From Narcine bancroftii (taxonomy: Eukaryota): a stretch of 64,000 bases of DNA. The DNA lies in the NCBI RefSeq assembly GCF_036971445.1, contig NC_091475.1, forward strand, positions 137,826,001 to 137,890,000, in the 5' to 3' direction. The notes under the pieces are model-generated. The model saw only the letters and a program-made list of their open reading frames with translations, was not told where the DNA came from and did no database searches. Shown piece after piece: positions 63,380-64,000 of this stretch (the stretch's first letter is position 1; the number at the start of each line of letters is the position of its first letter). The translations under genes were made by a program, and so were the position numbers.

Positions 63380-63467
63380 GCACAAAATCAGTGAACTGGT
63401 ATGGACTCGAAAGGCCAACATGGACTGTTTCTGCTCCGTAAATGGTTATATGGTTATATGGTTATAC
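63380..63467 (+). mobile_element. CR1-type 3' tail with terminal octamer repeat
   Basis: ggactcgaaggccaacatggactgtttctgctccgtaa followed by (ATGGTTAT)x3. Short terminal tandem repeats are typical of CR1 3' ends. Confidence 0.6.
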
Positions 63468-64000
63468 CTGTGAAATTCAGTGTGTCAATCATTTCTTCTT
63501 CCTTCCCTCCGCATCATTCCAAGCTGCTGTTGCCATGTACTACCATTTCTCACTGCATAGACCAGCAAAACTTACTTAAGGAGGTGAGAATTATATTGAC
63601 TTCCTCCACCGTACAAGAGCATACATGAACATTTTGCCTGTATTGCAGATTTTCCCAAAGTGCAGCCATTCAGATTGCACTCACATCCTAATGGAGTCAT
63701 TACTATCAACTTCCAAAGCAGGGAACGTGTCCTTGGCCTCTGTGGACAAAGAATATGATTTCTTGGGGCAATCTCTCTCCTCAATCCATCTCTTTATTGC
63801 CCCCATCATCTCAGTATCTTTTCATTTTGTTGTAAAACTCCCCCATAGCTGGAAAAGCAAACGCTTCTATTATTCTCGTTTTTTTTTTAAATGTGTTGTA
63901 TTTTTGCTTTAGCGGCTGCAATAACTTGAAATAGTTTTAATGGAGAGGGGGTGGGGGGGGGGGGGTGAAATGATGGTCTGTTCTGCAATATTTGTCATTG

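Overview
This is eukaryotic, repeat-dominated non-coding DNA, AT-rich outside the satellite. The element repertoire (CR1, Rex1/Babar and L1-clade LINEs, a Penelope-like element, a V-SINE/HE1-like SINE, Gypsy LTR retrotransposons) points to a fish-type vertebrate, most likely a cartilaginous fish (inference). I recognise no intact host gene, RNA gene or CRISPR array. Main contents: (1) three decayed, related Gypsy elements on the + strand (8024-11377, ~17842-19460, 22838-27479) plus a solo LTR (35921-36148); (2) a ~15.2 kb G-rich satellite (36238-51398; unit ~GGGGGATATCTTCGAC) with a ~1.5 kb higher-order repeat, which produces all the long ORFs in that stretch; (3) several L1-clade copies and many LINE/SINE fragments. 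The most interesting signal is that none of the three Gypsy elements has a TGG-type tRNA primer-binding site. In each, the 14-15 nt just after the 5' LTR are the reverse complement of the AATAAA-containing segment of that element's own LTR, and the two sides co-vary between elements. This suggests Tf1-like self-priming and/or masking of the 5' LTR poly(A) signal. All family assignments come from motifs recognised by eye, not database searches, and the boundaries of old fragments are approximate.
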